DNA of 64,000 nt from Candidatus Omnitrophota bacterium (GCA_029261065.1 JAJDCB010000028.1:447-64446), one strand, 5' to 3'. Shown: positions 41,142 to 50,967, counted from the stretch's first letter. Made by a program: numbers and translations. The notes: generated by a model from the letters alone, not told the origin.

Positions 41142-42875
41142 ATGAAAAACAAAGACATTTCCAACCTATTTACCCGCATGGGCACCCTCCTTCAAATAAA
41201 AGGTGAAAACGTATTTAAAGTTCGCGCGTACTTCAAAGCCGCTGATAACATCAACAGTTTATCAGAAGATATTGCTATCTTTAGAGATGAAAAGCGATTA
41301 GGTGACATTCCTGGTGTGGGTAAAACGTTGCAAGAGAAGATTGGTGAGTATTTGGACACAGGAAAATTAACGGCTTATGATAAGTTGACTAAAGAAATTC
41401 CTGAGACAGTTTTAGATGTTATTTCCATTCCTTCGGTTGGACCTAAAAAGGCGAAATTATTTTTTGATGAATTAAAAGTTAAAGATATAGATATGCTTGA
41501 GAAATTGGCAAAGAACGGCAAGTTATTATCATTAGAAGGTATTAAGAGTAAGACGATCGAAAATGTTTTAAAGGGTATCAGAATTGTTCGTGAGGGCAAT
41601 AATCGGATGAATTTGGGTGCTGCGACAATGTGTGCTGAGGAGATTCTTGAACAGTTAAAGGTTTTAAAAGAAGTTAAACAGATATCTGTGGCCGGTTCTC
41701 TTCGTCGAGGACGAGAGACGATTGGTGATATTGATATTTTGGTGGCTTCTTCTGATGCTCAAAAAGTAATGGATGTCTTTGTCAGCTTACCAGAAGTTCG
41801 TTCGATTAATGCTCATGGAGAAACGAAGTCTTCTGTTATGACAAATAAAAATATCCAAGTGGATTTACGTGTGGTTGATTCTAACAATTTTGGAGCCGCA
41901 CTCCTTTATTTTACAGGAAGTAAAAATTTCAATATCAAATTGCGACAATTAGCGATCAAATCAAAAATGAAAGTCAGTGAGTATGGAATTTTTGATACCT
42001 CTTTAAAAAAGGAAAAATGTTTGGCGAGTAAGACTGAGAAAGAATGTTTTAAGGTTCTAGGGCTAGCTAACATTCCACCTGAATTAAGAGAAGACATTGG
42101 GATGGAAACTCTTTTTGATGAAAAAAAGAAAGTTAAGTTGCCTGCATTGATTGAACAAAAGGATATTCAAGGTGAGATTCATGTTCATTCGACATGGTCT
42201 GATGGGCGGCATTCGATTAAAGAAATGGCTGAAGCCGCTAGGAAACGTGGATACAGCTATTTAGCGATTAGTGATCATTCTTATAAACTGCGCATAGCTC
42301 GAGGTGTTTCGCCTGCTGATTTGATCAAAAAGAAAAAAGAGATTGATTCGCTTAATAAAACCTTTAAAAATTTTCGTATTTTATTTGGTAGTGAAGTAGA
42401 AATAGACAGTGAAGGAAATTTGGATTACAATGATAAAATCTTAAGCGAATTTGATATTGTCATTGGAGCGATTCATACAGGATTTGAACAAAGCTCTAAA
42501 CAACTGACACAACGGCTGATTAAGGCTTGTCAAAACAAACATGTGAATATGATTGCGCATCCCACTGGCGTTCATTTAGGAAAAAGAGATCCTTACGATT
42601 TTGATTTTAAAGCTGTTTGTCAGGCAGCCGTTGACAATAATGTCTGTTTAGAGATTAATTCATTTCCGATTCGCTTGGATCTTAATTCATCTAATATTTA
42701 TTTTGCTCGTGAGATGGGTGTTAAATTTGTTATTAACACAGATTCCCATCACATCAATCATCTAAACCATATGCGTTATGGAGTGACGCTTGCGCGGCGG
42801 GGGTGGTTGACGAAGAAGGATGTTGTGAATACGAAGGATGTGGGTGGGTTGCTTAAATCTTTTAAGAAAAGTTAA
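41142..42875 (+). CDS. polX: DNA polymerase X with PHP domain
   Basis: GENVFKVRAY, AGSLRRGRETIGDID, YFTGSK, PPELRE, HVHSTWSDG, TDSHH; ATG 41142 preferred over TTG 41127. Confidence 0.95.
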   Translation: MKNKDISNLFTRMGTLLQIKGENVFKVRAYFKAADNINSLSEDIAIFRDEKRLGDIPGVGKTLQEKIGEYLDTGKLTAYDKLTKEIPETVLDVISIPSVGPKKAKLFFDELKVKDIDMLEKLAKNGKLLSLEGIKSKTIENVLKGIRIVREGNNRMNLGAATMCAEEILEQLKVLKEVKQISVAGSLRRGRETIGDIDILVASSDAQKVMDVFVSLPEVRSINAHGETKSSVMTNKNIQVDLRVVDSNNFGAALLYFTGSKNFNIKLRQLAIKSKMKVSEYGIFDTSLKKEKCLASKTEKECFKVLGLANIPPELREDIGMETLFDEKKKVKLPALIEQKDIQGEIHVHSTWSDGRHSIKEMAEAARKRGYSYLAISDHSYKLRIARGVSPADLIKKKKEIDSLNKTFKNFRILFGSEVEIDSEGNLDYNDKILSEFDIVIGAIHTGFEQSSKQLTQRLIKACQNKHVNMIAHPTGVHLGKRDPYDFDFKAVCQAAVDNNVCLEINSFPIRLDLNSSNIYFAREMGVKFVINTDSHHINHLNHMRYGVTLARRGWLTKKDVVNTKDVGGLLKSFKKS

Positions 42876-42883
42876 AGAAATCA

Positions 42884-42957
42884 TGTTATCCCCGCGAAAG
42901 TGGGGACCTCTTGAAGCTTATAATTATAAATGGATCCCCGCTTTCGCGGGAATGACA
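42884..42957. repeat. TGTC-type REP dimer
   Basis: tgttatccccgcgaaagtgggga...ggatccccgctttcgcgggaatgaca. Confidence 0.88.
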
Positions 42958-42976
42958 ATGTTGTATTTCATTCATC

Positions 42977-43858
42977 ATGAACTTTAAAGTTACCAATAAA
43001 CTCACACTAGCAAACAACACGAAACGCCTAGATATTTTGGCTCCTGCCATTGCCAAAAAAGTTAAGCCAGGGCAGTTTGTTAGCATTGTTATTGGCGAAG
43101 GGGATGAGCGTATTCCTCTAACAGTTATCGATCAAGATCTTAAAAAAGGCACTATTACTATTATCTTTAAAGAAGCTGGTGACTCGACAAAAAAGTTGGG
43201 CGAACTTTCTATTAATGATGACATTCAAACAATCTTAGGTCCTCTAGGGCGACCTTCTACAATAGAAAAAGTTGGGCGAATTGTTTGTATCACATCTGGA
43301 ATAGGGACGGCTCAGATTCTACCTATATGCCGAGCTTTAAAAAATGTAGGGAATAAGGTCGTTGGTATTGTGGGAGCGCGTACAAGACGTTCGATGATGG
43401 TTGAAGCGCAGATGAGATTGACGTGTGACAAATTATTTTGTACGACGGAAGATGGGAGTTATGAACGAAAAGGTGTTGTGACAGATGTTTTAACGGAGGT
43501 GTTAGAACGCAATGAAGTAAACCTGATCTATTGTATTGGTTCCGCTGAGATGATGGAGGCTGTGTCTCAGATGTCACGAGATAAAAAAATTAAAACGATT
43601 GTTCATTTAAATCCCATCATGGTTGATTGTATGGGGATGTGCGGATCGTGTCGTGTTAAAGTAGATGGAAAGTATGTATTAGGATGTATTGATGGTCCAG
43701 AGTTTGATGGACATCTAGTTGATTTTAAAGATTACAAAATTAGGCTTAATGCCTTTGAGGAAACAGAAGAATGGCGCAAGCACAGGTTGCAACCCAAGAC
43801 AAAGACAAACGAAACAAAAACTTTCAAGAGGTTTCTTTCGGGTATTCTAAGAAATTAG
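42977..43858 (+). CDS. nfnA: NfnA/PyrK-like FAD/[2Fe-2S] subunit of electron-bifurcating transhydrogenase
   Basis: PGQFV, ERIPLT, GPLG, LNPIMVDCMGMCGSCRV, CIDGPEFDGH. Confidence 0.8.
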   Translation: MNFKVTNKLTLANNTKRLDILAPAIAKKVKPGQFVSIVIGEGDERIPLTVIDQDLKKGTITIIFKEAGDSTKKLGELSINDDIQTILGPLGRPSTIEKVGRIVCITSGIGTAQILPICRALKNVGNKVVGIVGARTRRSMMVEAQMRLTCDKLFCTTEDGSYERKGVVTDVLTEVLERNEVNLIYCIGSAEMMEAVSQMSRDKKIKTIVHLNPIMVDCMGMCGSCRVKVDGKYVLGCIDGPEFDGHLVDFKDYKIRLNAFEETEEWRKHRLQPKTKTNETKTFKRFLSGILRN

Positions 43859-45132
43859 CCTCTGAGGAAGCCAGGCGTTGCCCGCAGTGTACGGATCCCG
43901 TGTGCATGCAGGGCTGTCCTTTGGGAATAAATATTCCAGGTTTTATTCGTAATTTACGTGAAGGCGATGTGGGGCGAGCTTATGAAGTGATTCGTGAGCA
44001 AAATCTCTTTCCTTCCATTTGTGGAAGGGTGTGTTCAGCCCCTTGTGAAGTATCATGTATTCTTACAGATGAAGGCTCTCCTATCGGGATTCGGGCTCTT
44101 GAACGTTATTGCTCAGACAATGGTCGCTCGCGTTCATCACGTAAAGATAAAATTTATCGAAAGGGTAAGAAGATCGCCGTTGTTGGTTCAGGTCCTTCGG
44201 GGATGTCTGCAGCTGCCCAACTGGCACAAAAGGGATATCAGGTTACAATATTTGAATCGCTCGATGCCCCTGGCGGTGTCTTACGTTATGGGATTCCAGA
44301 GTTTCGTATTCCTAAAAAGATTTTAGATTTTGAAATAAATGAAATCAGAAATTTAGGCGTTGATATTCAAACCAATTTTTTCATTGGTCAAAATGCATCG
44401 TTAGAAGATTTATTCGAGCAAGGTTTTGTTGCGGTATTGTTAGCAACGGGAGCAGGGACTCCTAAGTTTGTTGATTTGCCGGGTTCCAATTTGGGTGGGG
44501 TCTATTACGGAGAGGAATTTTTGATGCGTGTGAATCTAATCAAATCAACTCTGTTTAGTCGTACGACACCTAATTTTGTTTTGGGTCAAAGAATTGCCGT
44601 TATTGGTTCGGGTAATACGGCTCTTGATTGCGCGCGTGCTGCTAAACGCTTTGGTCGTGATGTCACCCTTATTTTTCGACGTACCGAAGATGATATGCGT
44701 ACACGACGAGATGAAAGAGATTTTGCAAAAGAAGAGGGGGTTGAGTTTGAACCTTTGGTTAAGCCGATCGAAATTTTAGCGGATCAAAATAATTTTGTTG
44801 ATGGATTAAAATGTGTGCGAATGGATTTTGCTGAATCTTCCAAAGATCAATGGGAACTTGCGCGGGTTCCTGATTCCGAATTTGTTTTAGAGGCTGATAC
44901 CGTCATAATCGCGGTTGGTCACATTCCTAATTTCTTAAAGTCTATGGATGCAAATAATCAATTAAATTTAAGTTCAGATGGAACAATCGAGGTTGACCCC
45001 AAGACTTCTCAAACAAGTATTCCTAAGGTGTTTGCTTCCGGTAATGTCGTAACAAATGCTGGTCCCATTGTCGAAGCAATTGCGGGAGGCAAGCAGGTGG
45101 CTGAGCGTATGGATCGGTATTTAAAGAGGTAG
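43771..45132 (+). CDS. nfnB: NfnB/GltD-like NADPH flavoprotein large subunit
   Basis: EARRCPQC..P.C..GCP, CGRVCSAPCE, GSGPSG, YGIPEFR, GSGNTALDCAR. Confidence 0.8.
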   Translation: MAQAQVATQDKDKRNKNFQEVSFGYSKKLASEEARRCPQCTDPVCMQGCPLGINIPGFIRNLREGDVGRAYEVIREQNLFPSICGRVCSAPCEVSCILTDEGSPIGIRALERYCSDNGRSRSSRKDKIYRKGKKIAVVGSGPSGMSAAAQLAQKGYQVTIFESLDAPGGVLRYGIPEFRIPKKILDFEINEIRNLGVDIQTNFFIGQNASLEDLFEQGFVAVLLATGAGTPKFVDLPGSNLGGVYYGEEFLMRVNLIKSTLFSRTTPNFVLGQRIAVIGSGNTALDCARAAKRFGRDVTLIFRRTEDDMRTRRDERDFAKEEGVEFEPLVKPIEILADQNNFVDGLKCVRMDFAESSKDQWELARVPDSEFVLEADTVIIAVGHIPNFLKSMDANNQLNLSSDGTIEVDPKTSQTSIPKVFASGNVVTNAGPIVEAIAGGKQVAERMDRYLKR

Positions 45133-45138
45133 TAATGT

Positions 45139-45273
45139 TGTCATCCACGCGCCCAATGTCATCCCCGCCCCTTATGTCATTCCCGCGAAAGCGGGAATCC
45201 TACGGGGTAAACTCAAGCGGGAATCTCAAGATAAAAATACTATTACTGGATCCCCGCTTTCGCGGGGACGACA
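45139..45273. repeat. Nested TGTC-type REP cluster
   Basis: Three successive tgtcat starts, inner tgtcattcccgcgaaagcgggaatcc, distal ggatccccgctttcgcggggacgaca. Confidence 0.85.
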
Positions 45274-45296
45274 CGATTATTATATCGATTAATTAA

Positions 45297-46124
45297 ATGA
45301 TGCAAAACTTCCAGACAAAAAAACAAAACGGCGAGAAGATTACGATGCTCACCGCCTATGATTATCCTATGGGCCGGTTGTTAGATGAAGCTGGTGTAGA
45401 TATTGTGTTAGTAGGCGACTCAGTTGCCAATGTGGTTTTAGGGTTGGAGTCAACGACTGATGTGGGGATGACGGAGATGTTGCATCATGCTAAAGCTGTG
45501 CGTCGTGGTGTTAAGCGCGCACTGTTGGTAGGAGATATGCCTTTTGATTCGTATCAAACGCATACAGAAGATGCTCTTATGAATGCGAAACGTTTTATAG
45601 ATGAGGCGGGATGTGATGCGGTTAAGTTAGAATGGTTTGATCAGTGTTTGGATGTGGCAGAAAATATTGTTAAGGCGGGTATTGCCGTTATGGGACATGT
45701 GGGTTTGACTCCCCAGACTGCTGAGAAGTTAGGCGGTTTTAAAGTTCAAGGAAAAGAGGCTGCTGATGCCCAGCTTATATTGAAACATGCGCAAGCTTTA
45801 GAAGAAGCGGGATGTTTTAGTATTGTTTTGGAGTGCATGCCAAGTGAGTTAGCTCAACTGATTACCAAGAAACTTTCTATTCCAACCATTGGCATTGGAG
45901 CGGGCGTTCATTGTGATGGTCAAGTTTTAGTCACGCATGATGCTCTTGGTTTAATAAGCCGTCATCATCCTAAGTTTGTGAAAACCTTTTTTGACCTTAA
46001 TAAGGGTGTTCTTGACGGTGTTAAGGTCTATTGTGATGAAGTGCGTAATGGTCAGTTTCCCGATGAGGAGCATTCGTTTGGGATGAATGCAGCTGAGTTG
46101 GAGAAGTTGGAGGGTGAAAAATAA
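45297..46124 (+). CDS. panB: 3-methyl-2-oxobutanoate hydroxymethyltransferase
   Basis: MLTAYD, LVGDS, DMPF, GHVGLTPQ, IGIGAG..CDGQVLV. Confidence 0.97.
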   Translation: MMQNFQTKKQNGEKITMLTAYDYPMGRLLDEAGVDIVLVGDSVANVVLGLESTTDVGMTEMLHHAKAVRRGVKRALLVGDMPFDSYQTHTEDALMNAKRFIDEAGCDAVKLEWFDQCLDVAENIVKAGIAVMGHVGLTPQTAEKLGGFKVQGKEAADAQLILKHAQALEEAGCFSIVLECMPSELAQLITKKLSIPTIGIGAGVHCDGQVLVTHDALGLISRHHPKFVKTFFDLNKGVLDGVKVYCDEVRNGQFPDEEHSFGMNAAELEKLEGEK

Positions 46125-46180
46125 AAGAAATGTGCAACTAGAACATGGTTTATTACTGTTGATGCACATAGAGGAATGTC

Positions 46181-46387
46181 ATGGATAAAAAACAAAATGT
46201 TGTATGGTATTTTCAAACGCCCGTACTCATTGTAAGCTTTTTTGTGATGGGTGTTTTTATGCTCCCACTATTGTGGTACGCACCACAGTGCTCGCAATCC
46301 AAGAAAATTTCCTACACGGTTTTCGCTATGGTTACGACGTTGGGCGTGTGTTTGGTGTTAACAAGTGTGTGTGTAGGGCGTCGGTAA
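46181..46387 (+). CDS. Small 2-TM hypothetical protein
   Basis: GAGG RBS; WYFQ...LPLLW..P pattern. Confidence 0.55.
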   Translation: MDKKQNVVWYFQTPVLIVSFFVMGVFMLPLLWYAPQCSQSKKISYTVFAMVTTLGVCLVLTSVCVGRR

Positions 46388-46389
46388 TA

Positions 46390-46591
46390 GTGCTCGGGAA
46401 GTAAATGAGGAAAAACGGTGGTCGAACGGCGTTCGCCGGGTTTGGTGGTCGGGGCAAGTAAAGGGATGTGGTGGTCAAGGTACCACCAAATATTACCTTT
46501 GTTAAAGAGCACCAATAGTTGTTCACTCCTATGACCACCGATTAGTATTTTCTTGCAAGACCACTAATCAGTGATCGCCTGCATGACCACT
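46390..46591. repeat. Convergent ~26-bp periodic array of GTG(G/C)TC / GA(C/G)CAC motifs
   Basis: Forward copies at 46390, 46418, 46445, 46471; reverse copies at 46481, 46507, 46533, 46559, 46585. Confidence 0.75.
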
Positions 46592-46617
46592 TTTATAATC
46601 TTTCTTTCATTAAATAT

Positions 46618-46645
46618 TTGCATTCTTCATCGATTTTGTTAGAAT
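46618..46645 (+). promoter_or_regulatory. Putative glyQS promoter
   Basis: TTGCAT-16 nt-TAGAAT with extended TG, 9 nt before the ATG; no SD. Confidence 0.5.
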
Positions 46646-46654
46646 ACCCACCTT

Positions 46655-47959
46655 ATGGAAAATAAAGAAGTTATGGAAAAGATTGTTTCATTGTGTAAAC
46701 GTCGCGGTTTCATCTTTCAGTCTTCGGAAATTTATGGTGGGCTTGCAAGTGCTTGGGATTACGGGCCGTTAGGAGTGGAGTTAAAACGGAATGTTAAAGA
46801 AGCCTGGTGGAAGTCGGTAGTTCATACTAGAGAAGACGTTGTTGGGCTTGATGCCAGTATTTTGATGTCGCCAAAGGTTTGGGACGCTTCAGGACACACA
46901 GAAAATTTTCATGATGATAAGGTAGATTGCCGGTATTGCAAAAAGAGATTTCGTTCAGATCAGTTAGAAGAAAGAGATTGTAAAACACGCGAAAAATGTG
47001 ATTTTACCGAAGCTCGTGCGTTTAATTTAATGTTTAAAACTCATCTTGGACCCGTGGAAGATGAGAAAGCCGTCACCTATTTAAGACCTGAAACCGCGCA
47101 AGGTATTTTTGTCAATTTTAAAAATGTATTAGATTCTACGCATCGAAAACTTCCCCTGGGAATCGCCCAGATCGGAAAATCATTTCGTAACGAAATTACA
47201 CCAGGAAATTTTACCTTTCGTACTCGAGAATTTGAACAAATGGAGATAGAATATTTCACCCATCCTGATCAAGCCGAAGCTTGTCATCAACAATGGATTG
47301 ATGAGCGCTTTCAATGGTATTTGGATCTTGGGATGACTAAGGATCGATTACGATTGCGTAAACATCCTGATGATGAACTTGCACATTATGCCAAGGGTTG
47401 TAGTGACATCGAATATGAATTTCCTTTTGGATGGTCTGAGTTAGAAGGGATCGCAAATCGAACAGATTTTGATTTAAAACAACATGCTCAATTTTCAGGA
47501 GAGAAGTTGCAGTATCATGATCAGGTTGCTGGAGAAAAGTATTTTCCTTTCGTTATTGAGCCATCTGGAGGGGTAGATCGAGCTACTTTGGCTTTTTTGG
47601 TGGACGCTTACCATGAAGAGGAAGTTGAGGGTCGCTCTAGGGTCTCTTTAAGGCTAAGTCCTAAATTGGCCCCCATTAAAGTTGCCGTTCTTCCCTTATT
47701 AAAGAAAAATGTAGATTTAGTCGAGCTTGCTCGGCGTATCAAAAAGGATTTGCAAAAAGACATCGTTTGCGTGTATGATGATACCGCAGCGATCGGAAAA
47801 CTTTACCGTCGTCAAGATGAGGTTGGGACATGTTTTTGTGTCACTGTTGATGTTGATTCTTTAGAAGACGGGCAAGTGACTGTGCGAGAACGAGATTCGA
47901 TGAAACAGGAGAGAATTTCGGTTGAGGGTTTAAAAGAATATTTGATGAGTAAGTTGTAG
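46655..47959 (+). CDS. glyQS: Glycine--tRNA ligase, alpha2 dimeric type
   Basis: CKRRGFIFQSSEIYGG, YLRPETAQGIF, SFRNEITPGNF.FRTREFEQME, ELEGIANRTDFDL, YRRQDE. Confidence 0.97.
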   Translation: MENKEVMEKIVSLCKRRGFIFQSSEIYGGLASAWDYGPLGVELKRNVKEAWWKSVVHTREDVVGLDASILMSPKVWDASGHTENFHDDKVDCRYCKKRFRSDQLEERDCKTREKCDFTEARAFNLMFKTHLGPVEDEKAVTYLRPETAQGIFVNFKNVLDSTHRKLPLGIAQIGKSFRNEITPGNFTFRTREFEQMEIEYFTHPDQAEACHQQWIDERFQWYLDLGMTKDRLRLRKHPDDELAHYAKGCSDIEYEFPFGWSELEGIANRTDFDLKQHAQFSGEKLQYHDQVAGEKYFPFVIEPSGGVDRATLAFLVDAYHEEEVEGRSRVSLRLSPKLAPIKVAVLPLLKKNVDLVELARRIKKDLQKDIVCVYDDTAAIGKLYRRQDEVGTCFCVTVDVDSLEDGQVTVRERDSMKQERISVEGLKEYLMSKL

Positions 47960-47982
47960 GTAGTTGTTAGTAAAAATAATCA

Positions 47983-48098
47983 TGTCGTCTCCGCCCAATC
48001 TGTCATTCCCGTGAAGCGGGAATCAATGGGGGAAACTCCAGTGGGGATCCAGTTTTCATTTCTATTCTTTTGAGGTTCCCGCTTTCGCGGGAACGACA
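47983..48098. repeat. Nested TGTC-type REP dimer
   Basis: tgtcgtctccgc[ccaatc tgtcattcccgtgaagcgggaatc aatgggggaaactcca]gtggggatcc...ttcccgctttcgcgggaacgaca. Confidence 0.85.
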
Positions 48099-48168
48099 CG
48101 ATTTCTATTACGGATGACCGCTGATCAGAACCAAGTAATAATTAATAAACACAATAGGAGTGTCACAC

Positions 48169-50967
48169 ATGGCGAAGAAATACGTTTATTCTTTCGGCGG
48201 CGGAAAAGCCGACGGAACAGCAAAATTAAGAAATTTATTAGGGGGAAAAGGAGCTAATTTAGCGGAAATGGCGGGTCACAAAGATTTACGTTTGCCTGTA
48301 CCTCCTGGATTTACAGTCACGACAGAAGTCTGCACACATTACTACGACAATAAAAAGAAGTATCCTACCGGTCTAAAAGAACAAGTCAACACAGCGATTA
48401 AGAAAATAGAAAAATTAATGGGAAAAAAATTTGGCGATCCTAAAAATCCTCTTTTAGTATCCGTTCGTTCGGGAGCGCGTGTTTCTATGCCAGGGATGAT
48501 GGAAACGGTATTAAATGTTGGTTTAACAGAAAAAACAATTCCAGGTTTGGCTGAAAAGTTTGGTAGTGAGCGATTTGCCTACGATGCGTACCGTCGATTA
48601 ATTACGATGTACTCTGATGTTGTTATGGAAAAATCAGCTGGTATTGAACCAAAAGAAAATCAAGGTATTCGTCATCAATTAGATCATTTGCTTGCAGAGA
48701 AAAAGAAAAGTGTTGGAGCTCAAAGCGATGCGGATTTAAGTGTTGAAGATTTAAAAGAGTTGATCGCCGTTTACAAAACACGTATCAAAGAAGTTTTGGG
48801 GAAGTCATTTCCAGATGATGCTGAAAAACAACTTTGGGGTGGAGTTACCGCTGTTTTCCAGTCATGGATGGGAAAAAGAGCGATTTCTTACAGGAGGATT
48901 GAAAGTATTCCAGGGGGGTGGGGAACAGCTGTTAATGTTCAAGCTATGGCTTTTGGAAACACGGGTGACAATTCTTCAACAGGGGTTGCCTTCACACGTA
49001 ATCCAGGTAATGGGGAAAATAGTTTTTATGGGGAATATTTGGTGAATGCTCAAGGGGAAGACGTTGTTGCTGGAACACGGACACCGTCACCTATTAATAG
49101 TTATTCTACGAGTGATCAAAATGACGATCACATAACATTGCAACAATCCGAACCAAAAATCTATAAACAATTAGAAAGCATTCGTAAACGTTTAGAAAAA
49201 CATTACAAAGATATGCAAGATATTGAGTTTACTGTTGAAGAAGGTACTCTATATATGTTGCAATGTCGTAGTGGAAAACGTAATGGGCCAGCGGCTGTTC
49301 GTATGGCGGTTGATATGGTTCGTGAGAAATTAATTAATAAAGAAACAGCTGTTACACGCGTAACACCTTCCCAATTGGATGAACTTCTTCATCCTGTTAT
49401 TGATCCCGCTGAAGAAAAGCAAGCTAAATTTTTAGGAAAAGGTTTGCCAGCAGGTCCTGGTGGGGCATCTGGTCAGATCGTTTTCTCAGCTGATGATGCT
49501 GTAAAATGGCGTGGAGAAAACAAACAAGTTATTTTGGTTCGCGCAGAAACAAATCCAGAGGACGTTGAAGGGATGCGTGCTTCAGAAGCCATTCTAACGG
49601 CACGTGGTGGAATGACATCTCATGCTGCATTAGTTGCGCGCGGTTGGGGGAAATGTTGTATTGTTGGATGTTCCAGTATGGATATCAATTATGAAAGTCG
49701 CACAATGTCTGTGGGTGGTGAAAATCTAAAAGAAGGAGATTGGATTACACTTAATGGAACAAAGGGGACGTTCTATGAAACGCGTCTTCCGATGATTGAT
49801 GCTTCAGATGAAAATACATACTTTAACGATTTTCTAAAAATCTGTGATTCCATTAGAACGCTTAATGTTCGTACTAATGCGGATACTCCAGAAGATGCTG
49901 CAAAAGCAAGAACTTTCGGAGCTGAAGGTATTGGACTGTTTCGTACAGAGCATATGTTTTACGGAAAGCATTCTGAAGAGCCTCTTTTCATATTACGTAA
50001 GATGATTATGTCTAAAGATGTGGAAGAGCGTCGTCGTGCATTAGATGAGTTGTATCCTCATGTAAAGAAAGATATGAAGGGAACAATGGCGGCCATGAAT
50101 GGTTTTCCTGTAACCATTCGATTGTTGGATCCGCCACTTCATGAGTTTGTTCCACATAAGAAAGATGCTTTAAAGGATTTGGCTAATAGTTTGGGGATTA
50201 CCCTTGAGCAATTAAATAAAAGAACATCTGCTCTTGGAGAATCCAATCCGATGATGGGTCATCGTGGTGTTCGTTTAGGGGTGACGTATCCAGAAATTAC
50301 AGAGATGCAAGTCCGTGCTATTTTGGAATCAACGGCAGAGTTATTAAAGGAAGGGAAGAAGATCTTTCCTGAAATTATGGTGCCAGTTGTGTGTGCGGAT
50401 ACCGAATTACAAGATCAAAAAAATATCGTAAATCGTGTTTACGCTGAGGTAAAATCCAAGTACAATGTAAAAAAGATTCCATATATGTTTGGAACGATGA
50501 TTGAAATTCCGCGAGCTGCTCTTACAGCCGATAAAATTGCAGAGGATGCAGAATTTTTCTCATTTGGAACAAACGATTTAACTCAAATGAGTTTTGGGTT
50601 TTCTCGCGACGACATCGGTGGTTTTTTACCTGATTATTTAGAACGTGGTGTTCTTCCGGGTGATCCTTTTGCAAGTATTGATGTTCAAGGTGTCGGACAG
50701 TTGATACAATACGGAGTTGAGCGTGGCCGATCAACGCGAAGCAATTTAAAGATTGGTATTTGCGGGGAGCATGGAGGAGATCCTGAGTCAATCGACTTTT
50801 GTCAAAAGGTTGGTATGGATTATGTTAGTTGCTCACCTTACCGTGTGCCTATTGCAAGGTTAGCGGCAGCACAGTCCGCGTTGGCGAATAAGGGCAGCAA
50901 GAGTGTGAAGAAGGGTAAGAAGAAGGTTGTTGCGAAGAAGAAAGTGACGAAGAAAAAACGAAAGTAA
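48169..50967 (+). CDS. ppdK: Pyruvate, phosphate dikinase
   Basis: GGKGANLAEM, LLVSVRSGA, GGMTSHAALVARG, FSFGTNDLTQ, GICGEHGG; AGGAG RBS 8 nt before ATG 48169. Confidence 0.97.
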   Translation: MAKKYVYSFGGGKADGTAKLRNLLGGKGANLAEMAGHKDLRLPVPPGFTVTTEVCTHYYDNKKKYPTGLKEQVNTAIKKIEKLMGKKFGDPKNPLLVSVRSGARVSMPGMMETVLNVGLTEKTIPGLAEKFGSERFAYDAYRRLITMYSDVVMEKSAGIEPKENQGIRHQLDHLLAEKKKSVGAQSDADLSVEDLKELIAVYKTRIKEVLGKSFPDDAEKQLWGGVTAVFQSWMGKRAISYRRIESIPGGWGTAVNVQAMAFGNTGDNSSTGVAFTRNPGNGENSFYGEYLVNAQGEDVVAGTRTPSPINSYSTSDQNDDHITLQQSEPKIYKQLESIRKRLEKHYKDMQDIEFTVEEGTLYMLQCRSGKRNGPAAVRMAVDMVREKLINKETAVTRVTPSQLDELLHPVIDPAEEKQAKFLGKGLPAGPGGASGQIVFSADDAVKWRGENKQVILVRAETNPEDVEGMRASEAILTARGGMTSHAALVARGWGKCCIVGCSSMDINYESRTMSVGGENLKEGDWITLNGTKGTFYETRLPMIDASDENTYFNDFLKICDSIRTLNVRTNADTPEDAAKARTFGAEGIGLFRTEHMFYGKHSEEPLFILRKMIMSKDVEERRRALDELYPHVKKDMKGTMAAMNGFPVTIRLLDPPLHEFVPHKKDALKDLANSLGITLEQLNKRTSALGESNPMMGHRGVRLGVTYPEITEMQVRAILESTAELLKEGKKIFPEIMVPVVCADTELQDQKNIVNRVYAEVKSKYNVKKIPYMFGTMIEIPRAALTADKIAEDAEFFSFGTNDLTQMSFGFSRDDIGGFLPDYLERGVLPGDPFASIDVQGVGQLIQYGVERGRSTRSNLKIGICGEHGGDPESIDFCQKVGMDYVSCSPYRVPIARLAAAQSALANKGSKSVKKGKKKVVAKKKVTKKKRK

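Noticed and set aside
42886-43086. Minus-strand ORF ending in CHSRESGDP
   Set aside because: Translation of the REP palindrome plus the nfnA antisense strand, not a gene
46390-46650. T-box riboswitch upstream of glyQS
   Set aside because: No proper T-box consensus (GGTGGNACCGCG) with terminator, and the likely promoter lies downstream of this region
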